Source: Candidatus Parcubacteria bacterium
GTDB taxonomy: Bacteria > Patescibacteriota > Patescibacteriia > CAIXNZ01
Reading direction: 5' to 3'
Assembly: GCA_026395685.1 (NCBI GenBank)
Contig: JAPLYG010000008.1
Coordinates: 15,225-79,224 of the forward strand
DNA length: 64,000 bases
Shown: piece after piece, positions 10,101 to 20,491 of the stretch
Layout of the letters: each line of letters begins with the position of its first letter
How positions within the stretch are numbered: the stretch's first letter is position 1
The notes under the pieces: generated by a model
Seen by the model: only the letters and a program-made list of their open reading frames with translations
The model's database searches: none
Told to the model about the DNA's origin: nothing
Program-made: the position numbers and the translations under genes

Positions 10101-11480
10101 ACCGACCTCAATAATCTTATCGGCTATTTCCGCAGGGTCAATATCGCTAAATTTTTCTAAATGTATTACCACAGCAGCACTCTGACCTGCTTCAATCAAT
10201 TTGAAAGCTACCACTTTATCTAAATTATTAAATTTTCCTAAAAATCTTGCTACCAAATCTGCTCTATTTGCCTCAATTATCTTCAGAACTATTTCCTTAT
10301 GATCTAGCCCGATAAAGATGCCTAAATTGAAAATTAATGCATGAGGCCCATCAGCTACTTCAATAATTTTCAGGGCAATCTCACGATCTAAATCTTTAAA
10401 GTCCTCTAAATATCGCACAACCATGAAACCTTTTCCTTGCTCAAAAAGCATTAAAGCGATTTTTTTATAATCCAACTCTTTAAATTTTTTCAAATTCCTG
10501 ACAAGGGCAGAACTCCCAACAAGAGAAGAGCTCACATTATCCTGCATAATAAGCGCCTCAGCAACTTGCTGATAATTAACACCGTTAAATATATCCGGAT
10601 TCTCGGCGACCGGGATCTCCAGTCCTTCTTTAATTAATTTCAACGCTGTTTCATTATCCAGTTCATGAAACCTTCTTAAATATCCTTTTTCAGCGATATA
10701 AGTTTTTCCGCCTCGTACGTTTAATAAAGCTAATAATATTTGTTTGTGGCTGGCTGGATCAAATGCCTCAATTCTTCTTACCACATCTTCTGCCTTGTTA
10801 TTATTAATTAATTCTATGGCAATTTCCTTATGATTTAAACCTCTGAAATTCCCAAGATAGTTAGCCACATTCTCGCCCTCCCCTCTTTTTATAAGTTCTG
10901 AGGCAATTTCCTGATGATCCAACCCTATAAATTTCCCGAGATTTTGAGCCAGACTCCTGCCCTTACCGCTATCAATAAGTTTTGTGGCGACTTCTTTATG
11001 ATCAATTCCTTTAAACTTTTCTAAATAATCAGCAACAAACTCACCGCCTCCATACTCAAACATGGCCCAGACTATTTTCTGATAGTCCAGCCCCTTAAAT
11101 TCTTCTAAATTTGCAGCAACATCTTTACTTCTTCCAGCCTTAATAAGCAGCAACGCAATTTCTTGGTGAGCATGCCCTTCAAGCTTATCCAAATTATTAA
11201 TAATCACAATGGGCCTAATCTTCCAAATAAGACCGGAAATAATATCCCTAGTATTTTTTCCTTTATTATCCTTTATATATTTATCTAATACTTCTTCCTC
11301 CTGCTTTAGAGCTCTTAATTCTTCAACATATATATTATATTCAACTGGGTATTTTTCTTTCAGCTGAGCAGGCGTCAGCTTGTAGTCTTCCTCAGCAATA
11401 TCAAAAGGAACTCCTTTTTTAAATTTCAGAGCTTGATTTTCAAATTCTTCTTCTGATTTTAGATGTTTGAATTCAGGCAT
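7197..11480 (-). CDS. giant repeat protein paralog (1427 aa) with same repeat array, CCM-motif domain and C-terminal GNAT-like segment
   Basis: Same ~38-aa repeats (FKGLDYQKI..KLIE.G), shared SDPRYATIGDDTSCCMPFG motif, C-terminus IYFHDIAVDPDKQKTGVGMELAWGL resembles GNAT motif A. Confidence 0.8.
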   Translation of the reverse strand: MPEFKHLKSEEEFENQALKFKKGVPFDIAEEDYKLTPAQLKEKYPVEYNIYVEELRALKQEEEVLDKYIKDNKGKNTRDIISGLIWKIRPIVIINNLDKLEGHAHQEIALLLIKAGRSKDVAANLEEFKGLDYQKIVWAMFEYGGGEFVADYLEKFKGIDHKEVATKLIDSGKGRSLAQNLGKFIGLDHQEIASELIKRGEGENVANYLGNFRGLNHKEIAIELINNNKAEDVVRRIEAFDPASHKQILLALLNVRGGKTYIAEKGYLRRFHELDNETALKLIKEGLEIPVAENPDIFNGVNYQQVAEALIMQDNVSSSLVGSSALVRNLKKFKELDYKKIALMLFEQGKGFMVVRYLEDFKDLDREIALKIIEVADGPHALIFNLGIFIGLDHKEIVLKIIEANRADLVARFLGKFNNLDKVVAFKLIEAGQSAAVVIHLEKFSDIDPAEIADKIIEVGEGYTVATLIDRFPGLNNKAMAIRLIANGQGKAVADNLTKFEGMDKDVALAFINANLPEVLSFEFDYFKGLDNEVAIALIIKNFETTVLDNLHKFVDLDHRMIALALIHNGMGPAVADDLEKFTGLKGGDYQLILEALLAEMPSADKVVKFCQEKKVSLNLEKYNYYKDLGLEHKEFWEINEHYDELSKLNKKNRVNKVAEFLLNNPGYIWDREICAWFKELASLIGTENAWKYIKGSDRHDALYFLPDLFQIVTNKEELKNILLQTASDSAVSIEGMDSRQLLVNAVKNFQPGWREEFEKEGWFKNVKTFRKKVELRRKMTPRMQEALNNLQESNPKLYEYANKLIAHPTVGMGPALMLFTDAERFLQLPDSHANKKLQSELEPNQWAELGDGYYTIALRPEDIVKALVEGQIDTMSPFKPYSKDYTMILKNKEARDKEKELDHLAKQIEGNLEKFITVYLADSNQYLSADLNKSLEVFKIIENLDFEELKKYTQERAAGLVSGKKFGDNSEALLEQITQIKDKDDLKKVWRQILESKDIKAEFLAKKIKSKREKFEVKNLIPEEQKILIEDMKAVIEDHRLKYSGEEIIMRAEILPHSDPRYATIGDDTSCCMPFGSGKQNVYLFSPQCGAMTLSFRQPGQSPEEARIVVQSIMTLDKGIGKEKFEKLVTDLRLHGEVNLQETLGPDFLEKFYNSQNVIACDNVEGQNNLVQRLIKNDESIISVIYKAFFDEYRKQLGMENSRVVIGLGYLDYLKNIKTTPPNEFLPQALISYSDNLHDKCLELLPEGAPKDSAKRIGIQDISWRDTFPVAYLEEKIYGSNPALVEGITTMQKILTASNLQAEQEKTNALTLGHFTDAGVLDGYVLGYLAKEPGRDETKIYFHDIAVDPDKQKTGVGMELAWGLMKKIENDDKLNKMPIVMRCRETTSYPIIMKYAGQYNYEIAVDTKMKEAGETFHRLELRKIKK

Positions 11481-11639
11481 ATATTTATTTGTAATGTTGT
11501 CTTAATTTTAGCATAATTTTATGGGTAATTACAACCTAAAAAGCGGCCAGCCAGACAGTTATTTTAATTCCTTTATAACTGCGCTGCCATTTACTCAAAA
11601 ACCTTGATTTTTTGCTAATAATCAAGTAACCTTAAAGTA

Positions 11640-13154
11640 ATGACTGGCAAAAATTCCAACATCTTAATCACAGCTTTTCTAAAGGTTTTTAACCAAAACC
11701 CTGATTTTAAATTTGTTGATAAATTACTTAAAAAATTTCCAACAGCTGAAATATATCTGGTCGGCGGCAAAGTGCGCGATATTTTACTGCAAAGAGATTC
11801 TTATGATTATGATTTTGTTATCCGCAAAATCAAAGCCAAAGACCTGGAAACATTTTTAGCCCAAGAAGGCTCAGTCAATTTTGTCGGCAAGTCTTTTGGC
11901 GTATTTAAATTTGTTCCCAAAAAATATGACAGCCAAGAACCGATCGATATTGCTCTGCCCCGCACTGAACAGTCATTCATGACCGGCGGATATAAAGACT
12001 TTGATGTCCAGACTGATCCGGAACTGCCCTTGGAAAAAGATCTTGCGCGCCGTGACTTTACCATCAATGCCATGGCAGTAAATATTGCTACCGGAGAAAT
12101 AATTGATCCTTTTGACGGACAAACTGATTTACAGAATAAGCTAATCAGAACAGTAGGCCAGCCAGATGAAAGATTTCAGGAAGATTATACCCGCATGATC
12201 CGCGCCATTCGCTTTTCCACTCAACTATTTTTTAAAATTGACCAGCCGACTTATCTGGCTATTCAAAAACTGGCAGCCAAGATTAAAACCATGGCTACTG
12301 AGAGGCTGACTGAAGAATTTACTAAAATTATTATTTCTCCCAATGCCGAGTATGGGGTTCAAATTTTACAGAAATCAAATTTGCTGAAATATTATCTGCC
12401 TGAGCTGGAACAAGGCGTGGACGTCTCCCAAAACAAACACCACATTTACAGCGTTTTCACCCATAATGTTAAAGCACTCGGCTTTGCCGCTCAAAGAAAT
12501 TATAATCTTAATGTGCGCCTGGCAGCTTTATTTCATGACATTGCCAAACCCCAGGTCAAAGCCGGTGAGGGGCCGGATTCCACTTTTTACAACCATGACA
12601 TTGTCGGCGCCAAAATTACCCGCAAAATTTTACAGCGTTTGAAATATTCCAATGACATCGTTGATAAGGTTTCACATTTGGTAAGACACCACATGTTTTT
12701 CTACAGTTTAGGCGATATCACTGACGCTGCTGTCCGCCGCTTATTGGCGCGCGTGGGCAAAGATAATATCGGTGAAATAATCCAGGTCAGAATCTGCGAT
12801 CGTTTAGGCATGGGCCGTCCCAAAGCCAAGCCATTTAAGCTGATTGATCTGGAAAAACGTTTGCACGAAGTCCAGCTTGATCCGATTTCTGTTAAAATGT
12901 TGAAAATTGACGGCTCGGAATTAATGAAGATATTGGATATCAAACCCGGCCCTAAAATCGGTCTGCTTTTAAATGCGCTTTTAGCCGAAGTACTGGAAGA
13001 TCCCAAAAAAAACAAAAAAGCTTACTTACAAAAACGACTTAAAGAATTAAATAAGCTTTCTGACGACAAACTTAAAAATCTGGCGCCCCAGCTGGATAAA
13101 TATGAAGAGGAACGGAAGAAAGAATACTTTTCCCATGTTAAATGGGTGGAATAG
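11640..13154 (+). CDS. cca: CCA-adding tRNA nucleotidyltransferase (HD domain)
   Basis: YLVGGKVRDILL head-domain motif, HD domain LAALFHDIAKP; 504 aa. Confidence 0.85.
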   Translation: MTGKNSNILITAFLKVFNQNPDFKFVDKLLKKFPTAEIYLVGGKVRDILLQRDSYDYDFVIRKIKAKDLETFLAQEGSVNFVGKSFGVFKFVPKKYDSQEPIDIALPRTEQSFMTGGYKDFDVQTDPELPLEKDLARRDFTINAMAVNIATGEIIDPFDGQTDLQNKLIRTVGQPDERFQEDYTRMIRAIRFSTQLFFKIDQPTYLAIQKLAAKIKTMATERLTEEFTKIIISPNAEYGVQILQKSNLLKYYLPELEQGVDVSQNKHHIYSVFTHNVKALGFAAQRNYNLNVRLAALFHDIAKPQVKAGEGPDSTFYNHDIVGAKITRKILQRLKYSNDIVDKVSHLVRHHMFFYSLGDITDAAVRRLLARVGKDNIGEIIQVRICDRLGMGRPKAKPFKLIDLEKRLHEVQLDPISVKMLKIDGSELMKILDIKPGPKIGLLLNALLAEVLEDPKKNKKAYLQKRLKELNKLSDDKLKNLAPQLDKYEEERKKEYFSHVKWVE

Positions 13155-13250
13155 GGCGAAAACGCCTGCCTCAATGTCACCCTGAGGCTCTCGAAGGGTG
13201 GCGCTCATGGTTCGAGAACCTCACCATGACAACAAAGGGCGTTTTCGCCC
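13154..13250. repeat. 97-bp element bounded by perfect 14-nt inverted repeat GGGCGAAAACGCC/GGCGTTTTCGCCC with internal hairpins
   Basis: Seen directly; second family member at 22070-22156. Confidence 0.6.
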
Positions 13251-13297
13251 AAACTAAACTTCGGCCTTCGGACTTCATCCTTCGGCCTTAAAACCCT

Positions 13298-14218
13298 ATG
13301 ATTATAAAAATTAAACCCGAACAAGTTGACCAGCGTCTTGATAAATTTCTAACCAACAACCTGCCTATCACTCGCAGCCAAATCCAGAAACTGATCAAGG
13401 CGGGAAAAATTTTAGTCAATGGCGAACAATCTTCTGTCCATCGTTTTTTAAAAGGAAACGAAGTGATTAAAGTTGTCGCCAAAGATATTGATAAAATTAC
13501 TGAAATAAAAGAACTAAAGCCCAATAAAAGCGTGAAGTTTAAAATTATTTACGAAGATGATAATATATTAGTGATAGACAAACCGGCCGGTCTTTTGGCC
13601 CACCCCACAGAACAAATGGAGCCCAAAACCTTAGCCAGCGGCTTGCTTGCCAGATATCCGCAGATTAAAAATGTCGGAGAAAATAAACTGCGTCCCGGCA
13701 TTGTCCATCGTTTGGATAAAAATGTTTCCGGCCTGATTATAGTCTGCAAGACACAGGAGGCGTTTCATTATTTTAAAAAACAATTCCAAAAAAGAAAAGT
13801 CAAAAAAATTTATACAGCCTTAGTTCATGGTAAAATGGAAAAAAACGAAGGTACTATTGATTTACCGATTGCCCGTTCAAGCAGCAAAGGCAAAATGGCT
13901 GTAAAATCTCAGGCTCAAGGCGGGAAAAATGCCATTACGAAATATTGGCTCAATAAGCAATTCAATAATTTTGCCTTACTGGACATAGAAATTCTAACCG
14001 GCCGCACCCATCAGATCCGCGCTCATTTAAATGCGATCCAGCATCCGATTGTCGGCGACAAACTTTATACGCAGAAATGGGTAAAGGAAAAGCTGGAAAT
14101 TGATCGTCCGTTTTTGCATTCCAGCTATTTAAGCTTCAAAAATTTGGACGGAAAAACGCTGGAATTTAAATCAAAACTCCCTGCAAAACTAATTAAAATC
14201 CTGGAAAATCTAACATAA
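13298..14218 (+). CDS. rluD: RluA-family 23S rRNA pseudouridine synthase (RluD/RluC-like) with S4 domain
   Basis: HRLDKNVSGLIIV catalytic motif, N-terminal S4-like region. Confidence 0.85.
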   Translation: MIIKIKPEQVDQRLDKFLTNNLPITRSQIQKLIKAGKILVNGEQSSVHRFLKGNEVIKVVAKDIDKITEIKELKPNKSVKFKIIYEDDNILVIDKPAGLLAHPTEQMEPKTLASGLLARYPQIKNVGENKLRPGIVHRLDKNVSGLIIVCKTQEAFHYFKKQFQKRKVKKIYTALVHGKMEKNEGTIDLPIARSSSKGKMAVKSQAQGGKNAITKYWLNKQFNNFALLDIEILTGRTHQIRAHLNAIQHPIVGDKLYTQKWVKEKLEIDRPFLHSSYLSFKNLDGKTLEFKSKLPAKLIKILENLT

Positions 14219-14224
14219 GCATTC

Positions 14225-14370
14225 CCGAGAAATAACCAATCAACAATAATCTGCCTGCAGGCAGGTCAATCATCAAACAATTTCAAAAATCTAATATCAA
14301 AATTGGAAATTAGGATTTAGGTAATTAGATATTGTTTGAATATTGATGTTTGATTATTGATAATTATTAA
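14225..14370. repeat. AT-rich dispersed intergenic repeat (TGATTATTGAT/CAATCAACAATAATC motifs) with central CCTGCCTGCAGGCAGG palindrome
   Basis: Related copies at 16030-16140 and 22495-22620. Confidence 0.4.
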
Positions 14371-14411
14371 ATATTTCAGCCTTCATACTTTAGTCTTTAT
14401 ACTTTAGACTT

Positions 14412-14987
14412 ATGTATCAAATTATAACCATCTCAGGCACACCTGGCTCTGGCAAATCAACTATTGCCCAAAAACTCGCAGAAAAACTTAATGCCGAGCG
14501 CATTTATGTCGGCGCTATCCGACGCGAATTAGCCAGAGAAAAAGGTATTACTCTGGAACAGCTCAATGAATATGGGCTGACCCATCCGGAAACAGATGTA
14601 GATATTGACCAAAAAATTGCAATTGAGGCGCGTGAAGCCGCTAAAAAAGGCATAGTAATAGTTGAAGGCAGAGTCCAATTCCATTTTATTCCTGAATCAT
14701 TCAAGATCTTCATTCATGTTGCCGTGGAAGAAGGCGCCCGCCGTATTTGGAAGCAAATGCAGAATGAAGCTGACAAAAAAATGCGCAATGAAGGTGAAGT
14801 TAAAGACATCAATGCTTTGACCGAGGATATTAAAAAAAGGATAGCTAATGATAAAAAGCGCTATAAAAAATACTATAATCTGGACCATACCGACGGATCT
14901 CATTATAACCTTGTCATTGATACCACTAAAATAACCGCTGAGGCGGCAACCGCTAAAATCCTCAAAGCCCTGCCCAAACTTGACTAA
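14412..14987 (+). CDS. cmk: archaeal-type cytidylate (CMP) kinase
   Basis: ITISGTPGSGKSTIAQKLAEKL P-loop; KKRYKKYYNLD and overall 191-aa layout match Cytidylate_kin2 family. Confidence 0.7.
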   Translation: MYQIITISGTPGSGKSTIAQKLAEKLNAERIYVGAIRRELAREKGITLEQLNEYGLTHPETDVDIDQKIAIEAREAAKKGIVIVEGRVQFHFIPESFKIFIHVAVEEGARRIWKQMQNEADKKMRNEGEVKDINALTEDIKKRIANDKKRYKKYYNLDHTDGSHYNLVIDTTKITAEAATAKILKALPKLD

Positions 14988-15102
14988 TTTGACAGTTTGA
15001 GGTAATATTAGCTTACATAAATCCTTCCGGATTTCTTTTTAATTAAAGGGCTAAAACGCCCTAATTTCTTAATTCATACTTCTAACTTCATACTTCAATC
15101 AT

Positions 15103-15462
15103 ATGGCAACTTCAAAAGTAGCAGACAAACAACTCATTGATAAAACTCAAGTTAAACCGGGCATGGTTGTTCGTGTTTTCGTAAAAATTAAAGATGTAAA
15201 TGCCAAAGGCGAAGAAAAAGAAAGAATTCAGGCATATGAAGGCTTGGTCATTGCCAAGAAACACGGCAATGAACAAGGCGCAACAATTACTGTGCGCAAA
15301 ATCAGCGAGGGCATTGGTGTTGAAAGAATCTTCCCCATCCATTCACCCCTCATTGAAAAAATAGAGCTGGTTGACCAAAAAGTAATTCGCCGCGCAAAAC
15401 TTTATTACACGCGCACTTACAAAAAGAGACTTAAATCAATTTCTGAAAAAAAGCATAAATAA
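15103..15462 (+). CDS. rplS: 50S ribosomal protein L19
   Basis: IQAYEGLVIAKKHG..ATITVRKISEGIGVERIFPIHSPLIEKIELV is canonical L19. Confidence 0.9.
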   Translation: MATSKVADKQLIDKTQVKPGMVVRVFVKIKDVNAKGEEKERIQAYEGLVIAKKHGNEQGATITVRKISEGIGVERIFPIHSPLIEKIELVDQKVIRRAKLYYTRTYKKRLKSISEKKHK

Positions 15463-15466
15463 AAAA

Positions 15467-15503
15467 AGACGCCGTCCGGATCCACCGAACGGCGTTTTTT
15501 TGT
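15467..15503 (+). terminator. rho-independent terminator after rplS
   Basis: GACGCCGT..ACGGCGT stem followed by T7 run. Confidence 0.7.
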
Positions 15504-15541
15504 TTAAAAGACGAAGCAGGTGCTTCGCCTTGTTAGACTTA

Positions 15542-15730
15542 CTACCCGAAAACCGGGCAGGCCAGTTCCCTGCAGCTTTCACAGCAGTTCGGACCCTTGG
15601 GCGCACAATGGCGTTCAAAATACCCGGGCTGTCGCAAACTTTCCAGTTCGCGCTCAATCGCCCCTGGATCAAAATCTTCCACGTCACCGTTAGTGCATAA
15701 AATCAGATTATCATCTTTTGCTATGGGCAT
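15542..15730 (-). CDS. small Cys-rich hypothetical protein (62 aa), SD-led
   Basis: AAGGAGG 5 nt before ATG; 6 Cys; GC-elevated segment. Confidence 0.5.
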   Translation of the reverse strand: MPIAKDDNLILCTNGDVEDFDPGAIERELESLRQPGYFERHCAPKGPNCCESCRELACPVFG

Positions 15731-15977
15731 AATTTCCTCCTTTGTCTAAATGTTTTTCTGCGACCATGCGCCTAAGATCGTGATCCTTTGGTGTAAGCTT
15801 AGAATCGGGAATTATCCGCGGATTGTCGCATTGCGATTTATAATCAGGACCTTGAACCATGACTGTTTTGGGACCAATGACTTCAACCACTACTCCGCGG
15901 CGAGTCATGCTCGGATCTGCCACAAAAACCGCTTCCACAAAATCTCCCACTTTCACTACCGCTTTTTCGCTCAGCAT
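15711..15977 (-). CDS. small hypothetical protein (89 aa from second ATG), SD-led; overlaps downstream gene by 20 nt
   Basis: AAGGAGG then ATGCTGATG; start placed at the second ATG for SD spacing; ORF track's longer N-extension starts upstream of the SD (15984-15990) and is unlikely; VGDFVEAVFV...RRGVVVEV beta-barrel-like (KOW/Tudor-like) pattern is a guess. Confidence 0.45.
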   Translation of the reverse strand: MLSEKAVVKVGDFVEAVFVADPSMTRRGVVVEVIGPKTVMVQGPDYKSQCDNPRIIPDSKLTPKDHDLRRMVAEKHLDKGGNYAHSKR

Positions 15978-16146
15978 CAGCATCCTCCTTTGTGGCGATC
16001 TTAGATGAGACAATAACCTCTGTACTATAAACAATCACCAAACATCAATAATCAATTTTCAAACAAATCCTAAATCCAAATATTAAATAACCAATATTTT
16101 TAAACAATTGTTTGATGATTGATTATTGTTTATTGATTATTAACCA

Positions 16147-19023
16147 CTATATCATCTTCTTCAAAAACTGTCCTGTATAACTATTTTTTACTTTAATAAT
16201 ATCCTTCGGAGTGCCCTGAGCAACTATATATCCTCCCTTATCGCCGCCTTCCGGCCCCATATCAATCACCCAGTCAGCGGATTTAATAACATCCAGATTA
16301 TGTTCAATCACTAATATTGTATTACCCTTATCTACTAATTTTTGCAAAACGCCTAACAGCCGGTTGATATCGTCAAAATGCAAGCCGGTTGTCGGTTCAT
16401 CAAGAATATATAAAGTCTTGCCTGTGGCACGGCGTGATAGTTCAGTCGCCAGTTTAACCCTTTGCGCTTCGCCGCCTGACAAGGTCGTAGCGGGCTGTCC
16501 TAATTTAACATAACCCAAACCGACATCGCAGAGAATCATTAATTTATCATGAATAATTGGGATATCTGAAAAAAATCTTTTTGCTTCTTCTACGGGCATA
16601 TCCAAAACTTCGGCAATATTTTTGCCTTTATAATAAATCTCCAGCGCATCTTTAAGATAACGGCTGCCGTGGCATTCTTCACATTCAATATAAACATCAG
16701 GTAAAAACTGCATTTCAATGCGCACCAAGCCTTCACCGGCACAAGCTTCACAGCGACCGCCCACAACATTAAAGCTGAATTTCCCCGCATCAAACCCGCG
16801 CATTTTAGCTTCTGGAATTTGAGTATATAAATCGCGGATATAAGTAAAAACTCCGGTATAAGTTGCGGGATTAGAACGCGGTGTACGTCCAATCGGCGAT
16901 TGATCAACAGTAACAACTTTATCCAAATTGTCCAAACCGACAATTTCCTTATGTTCTGCAGGCTGCTCTTTAGCGCGGAAAAAATGTTTGGCCAAAGCAC
17001 GTGATAAAATATCGATAATCAAAGTGGACTTGCCTGAGCCTGACACGCCGGAAACAGCCACAAACTTGCCCAAAGGAATTTTGCCCTCTACATTCTTCAG
17101 ATTGTTTGCGGTCGCGCCTTTAATGGTAATAAATTTATTATTACCCTTGCGATAAACTTTGCGCGGTTCAATCTTATATTTCCCCGATAAATATAAACCT
17201 GTTAAAGATTCTTTATTCTTCTTAATTTTATCCATTGTGCCGATGTCAACCAATTGCCCGCCGTATTCACCGGCGCCGGGACCAATATCAACAATTAAAT
17301 CAGCTTCTTTCATAATCGCCTCATCATGCTCAACCACAATCACGGTATTGCCCATATCGCGCAACTTTTTCAAAGCATCAATCAGGCGCTTGTTGTCTCT
17401 TTGGTGCAAACCGATTGAAGGCTCATCTAAAACATAAATAATTTCCGTTAAAGACGAGGAAATCTGTTTTGCCAGACGTATTCTCTGCGCTTCGCCGCCG
17501 GCCAAGGTAGTCGCGCTCCTGTCCAAAGTCAAATAATCCAAAGAAACAGCATTTAAATACTCCAAACGTCGTTTAACTTCCTTGATTAACTGCTGAGCGA
17601 TTTTATATTCATTTTCTGTTAAGTTTAATTTCCCCTTATTGGCTTCCGTGCGATACAAACCAGCCTTAGAATTTTTTTCCACCAGATCAAAAAAATCATA
17701 AAGAGTCTGCAAATCCATATTAACCAATTCTGAAATATTCTTATCTAAAACTGTAACCGCCAGGCTTTCGGGTTTTAATCTTTTGCCCTGACAAGTGGGA
17801 CAAATTATTTCTCTCATATAATCCTCGATTTCTTTTTGCACATATTCCGAGTCTGTTTCCCTATATTTCTTTTCTAAATATGGAATAATGCCTTCAAATT
17901 CATGTTTTTTGCCTTCTATCTCAAATTCTTCTTCGCCCGTGCCATATAGGATAATATCAAGTTCTTCTTTTTTAATTTTTTCTACTGGCTTGTCCAGCGG
18001 CACTTTATAATTTCTAGCGACTGTCTGCAGTAATTTATTCATAATCGGCTGATTAGCAGTCAAGCGCGTCCAAACCTTAATCGCTCCTTGTTCAATTGTC
18101 AGACGAGGATTAAAAACCACCAAAAGCGGATCGATTTCCAAACGCACTCCCAAGCCGGTACATTTAGGACAAGCGCCGACCGGAGAATTAAATGAAAAGC
18201 TTCGCAATTCAATTTCCGGCAAATTAATATTGCACTTAGGACAATGCAAATGCTGGGAATAAGTCTGTTCCTGATTATTATCACGCCTTAAAATCGTGAC
18301 CATGCCATTAGCCAGATCCAAAGCTTTATCAACTGCCTGATAAAGCGCTGTTTTATGAATTTTTTCCAATGATGTCTTTTCTACAAAAACATAATCAATC
18401 AGCACATCCATATTATGTTCCGCCTCTTCATCAATCATCATTTTTTCCAGTTCATGCATGCTGAAAATTTTTCCATCTAAGCGCAATTGATAAAACTCAG
18501 CTTTTTTCATTTTTTTTATAACATGATCAAGCTTGCCCTTTTTGCCGATTATTATAGGCGCCAAAACAGCAACCCGAGTTTGAGGCGGCAATTCAAAGAC
18601 TCTTTCCACTATTTGTTGCGCAGTCAATTTTTTAATCGGCTGTCCGCACTTAGGACAGTGAACTATTCCGATTCTGGTAAATAAAAGACGGAGATAATCA
18701 TAAATCTCCGTAATAGTTCCAACGGTTGAACGCGGATTATTGGATGTAGTTTTTTGATCAATGGCAATAACCGGAGAAAGCCCTTCGATCTGATCAACAT
18801 CAGGCTTATCCATTACGCCGATAAACTGGCGGGCGTAGGAAGATAAACTTTCCACGTATTGCCTCTGCCCCTCGGCAAAAATCGTATCAAAGGCCAAAGA
18901 AGATTTGCCTGAGCCGGATAAACCGGTAATGACAATAAACTTATTCTTGGGAATTTCCACATTGATATTTTTCAGATTGTGGACGCGCGCGCCTCTGATA
19001 ATGATTTTGTCTTGTTTGGGCAT
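16147..19023 (-). CDS. uvrA: excinuclease ABC subunit A
   Basis: 958 aa; two ABC ATPase modules ([25 protein letters not shown]), zinc-finger cysteines, LSGGEAQRI signature. Confidence 0.95.
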   Translation of the reverse strand: MPKQDKIIIRGARVHNLKNINVEIPKNKFIVITGLSGSGKSSLAFDTIFAEGQRQYVESLSSYARQFIGVMDKPDVDQIEGLSPVIAIDQKTTSNNPRSTVGTITEIYDYLRLLFTRIGIVHCPKCGQPIKKLTAQQIVERVFELPPQTRVAVLAPIIIGKKGKLDHVIKKMKKAEFYQLRLDGKIFSMHELEKMMIDEEAEHNMDVLIDYVFVEKTSLEKIHKTALYQAVDKALDLANGMVTILRRDNNQEQTYSQHLHCPKCNINLPEIELRSFSFNSPVGACPKCTGLGVRLEIDPLLVVFNPRLTIEQGAIKVWTRLTANQPIMNKLLQTVARNYKVPLDKPVEKIKKEELDIILYGTGEEEFEIEGKKHEFEGIIPYLEKKYRETDSEYVQKEIEDYMREIICPTCQGKRLKPESLAVTVLDKNISELVNMDLQTLYDFFDLVEKNSKAGLYRTEANKGKLNLTENEYKIAQQLIKEVKRRLEYLNAVSLDYLTLDRSATTLAGGEAQRIRLAKQISSSLTEIIYVLDEPSIGLHQRDNKRLIDALKKLRDMGNTVIVVEHDEAIMKEADLIVDIGPGAGEYGGQLVDIGTMDKIKKNKESLTGLYLSGKYKIEPRKVYRKGNNKFITIKGATANNLKNVEGKIPLGKFVAVSGVSGSGKSTLIIDILSRALAKHFFRAKEQPAEHKEIVGLDNLDKVVTVDQSPIGRTPRSNPATYTGVFTYIRDLYTQIPEAKMRGFDAGKFSFNVVGGRCEACAGEGLVRIEMQFLPDVYIECEECHGSRYLKDALEIYYKGKNIAEVLDMPVEEAKRFFSDIPIIHDKLMILCDVGLGYVKLGQPATTLSGGEAQRVKLATELSRRATGKTLYILDEPTTGLHFDDINRLLGVLQKLVDKGNTILVIEHNLDVIKSADWVIDMGPEGGDKGGYIVAQGTPKDIIKVKNSYTGQFLKKMI

Positions 19024-19304
19024 AAAAAAATAGTTTAGAGTTCAAAATTTAAAATGCAAAATTACAATGTGTAGTTTAAAATTTATGTAGATTATTAAAA
19101 TATATATTCCAAAATTTTTAATTATTAACTGTCCCGAAGGGATCCCTTTGGGATAACTTTGCACTTTACACTTTGAACTTTTAATTCAATAAGCACCGAT
19201 TACAAACATTCTATCATGCCTGTCAAGACTGGTCAAGAGGGTAAGGGTAGAACGTGCAAAATAATCAAAAAACGCCCTGTTTTCATAAGGCGTTATCTTC
19301 TCCG

Positions 19305-19357
19305 GCTCTTACACTTTTTTATCCGCCATAGCTTTAGCGGAGGCGGAAGTGTAAGAG
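19305..19357. repeat. GC-rich hairpin element (TCCGCC-ATAGCTTTAGCGGA-GGCGGA core inside longer stem) in hairpin-dense intergenic region
   Basis: Member of the GAAGCTTTAGC-loop hairpin family (see 17-41, 2341-2366, 35399-35426). Confidence 0.5.
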
Positions 19358-19427
19358 CTTCGTACCTGAACACTAAAGTGTTCAGGCCTTTATTTTTCTT
19401 GGCCTTTTGCCTATTGGCTAATGGCAA

Positions 19428-20327
19428 TTACTTCAAATTATATTTGGCAATATTGTCATTGCAAATTTTCTGTAAAATTTTTATCTGTTCCGCTCCTTTC
19501 GGATCCTTGAACAAATGCTTAAACCTGGCGTGATACTTTAAATATTCATCAACCTTAGGAGCATCCTGAGGCACTTTCATGGAACTTACCAATTCCCCGT
19601 TGACAAATTCCACTACCGGGAAAAATCCTGTCTTTTGCGCCAATTTGCCTAGTTCAATCGCCTGATTATCCTCAATTCCCCAGCCTGGCACGCACGGCGT
19701 TAAAATATGGATAAACTTTGGGCCGGGTGTGTCCCAGGCTTTTTTTACTTTGCGTTTAATATCTTCAATATATCCTGAAGTAGTAGTTGCCACATAACCT
19801 ACTCGGTGCGCTAAAGCAATCTCCAACATATTTTTTTTAAACATTCTATTACCTAAAGATTTTTTACCTGGCCAGGTTGTGCGCGTAAAAGCGTCAAGAG
19901 GCGTAGCGCCTGAAGCCTGGTAGCCGGTATTGGAATAAACTTCGGTATCATAACAAACATATAAAATATTGTCCCCGCGCTCCCACATGCCGGAAATCAA
20001 ACCAAACCCAATATCAAAGGTGGAACCGTCACCGCCTTGCGCCAGGACTTTAACTTTTCCGTCCAGGCCTTTATGTTTTATAGCTGCTAAAATACCGGAG
20101 GCGACTGCTGAAGGATTTTCAAACAAAGAATGAATCCAGGGAACTTTCCAGCTTGAAGTCGGATGCTTTGATGTTGTCACTTCTAAACAACCCGTGGCAT
20201 TGGCAATAATTGTATCGGGACCGCAGGCGTCAATCACATGACGCGCAGCAATCAGCTGGCCGCAGCCCGGACAAGCAGTGTGGCCGGGATTGAGTAAGTG
20301 TTCGAATGGGTTAGTATATTTTGGCAT
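19428..20327 (-). CDS. porB: pyruvate:ferredoxin (2-oxoacid) oxidoreductase beta subunit (TPP-binding)
   Basis: CPGCGQLIAARHVI, GGDGSTFDIGF TPP motifs. Confidence 0.85.
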   Translation of the reverse strand: MPKYTNPFEHLLNPGHTACPGCGQLIAARHVIDACGPDTIIANATGCLEVTTSKHPTSSWKVPWIHSLFENPSAVASGILAAIKHKGLDGKVKVLAQGGDGSTFDIGFGLISGMWERGDNILYVCYDTEVYSNTGYQASGATPLDAFTRTTWPGKKSLGNRMFKKNMLEIALAHRVGYVATTTSGYIEDIKRKVKKAWDTPGPKFIHILTPCVPGWGIEDNQAIELGKLAQKTGFFPVVEFVNGELVSSMKVPQDAPKVDEYLKYHARFKHLFKDPKGAEQIKILQKICNDNIAKYNLK

Positions 20328-20491
20328 ATTATATATTTATACCCTGCTTTAGCAGGCAAACAATCTTTTAATGACTAATTTTTAAGTATTAATTTTTATT
20401 GAATTTTTAATGACTTTATTTCTAATTTTATTCATTATCATATTAAATCATTATTTAAAAATTATAAATTAAAAATTAATAATTAGACATA

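Noticed and set aside
16590-17437. Internal ORFs within uvrA on both strands (16590..17000, 16928..17155, 17159..17437)
   Set aside because: Embedded in a high-confidence 958-aa uvrA reading frame; no independent support
19216-19533. 105-aa plus-strand ORF between uvrA and porB
   Set aside because: Lies across a hairpin-dense intergenic region with repeat elements; no start signals; low-complexity translation
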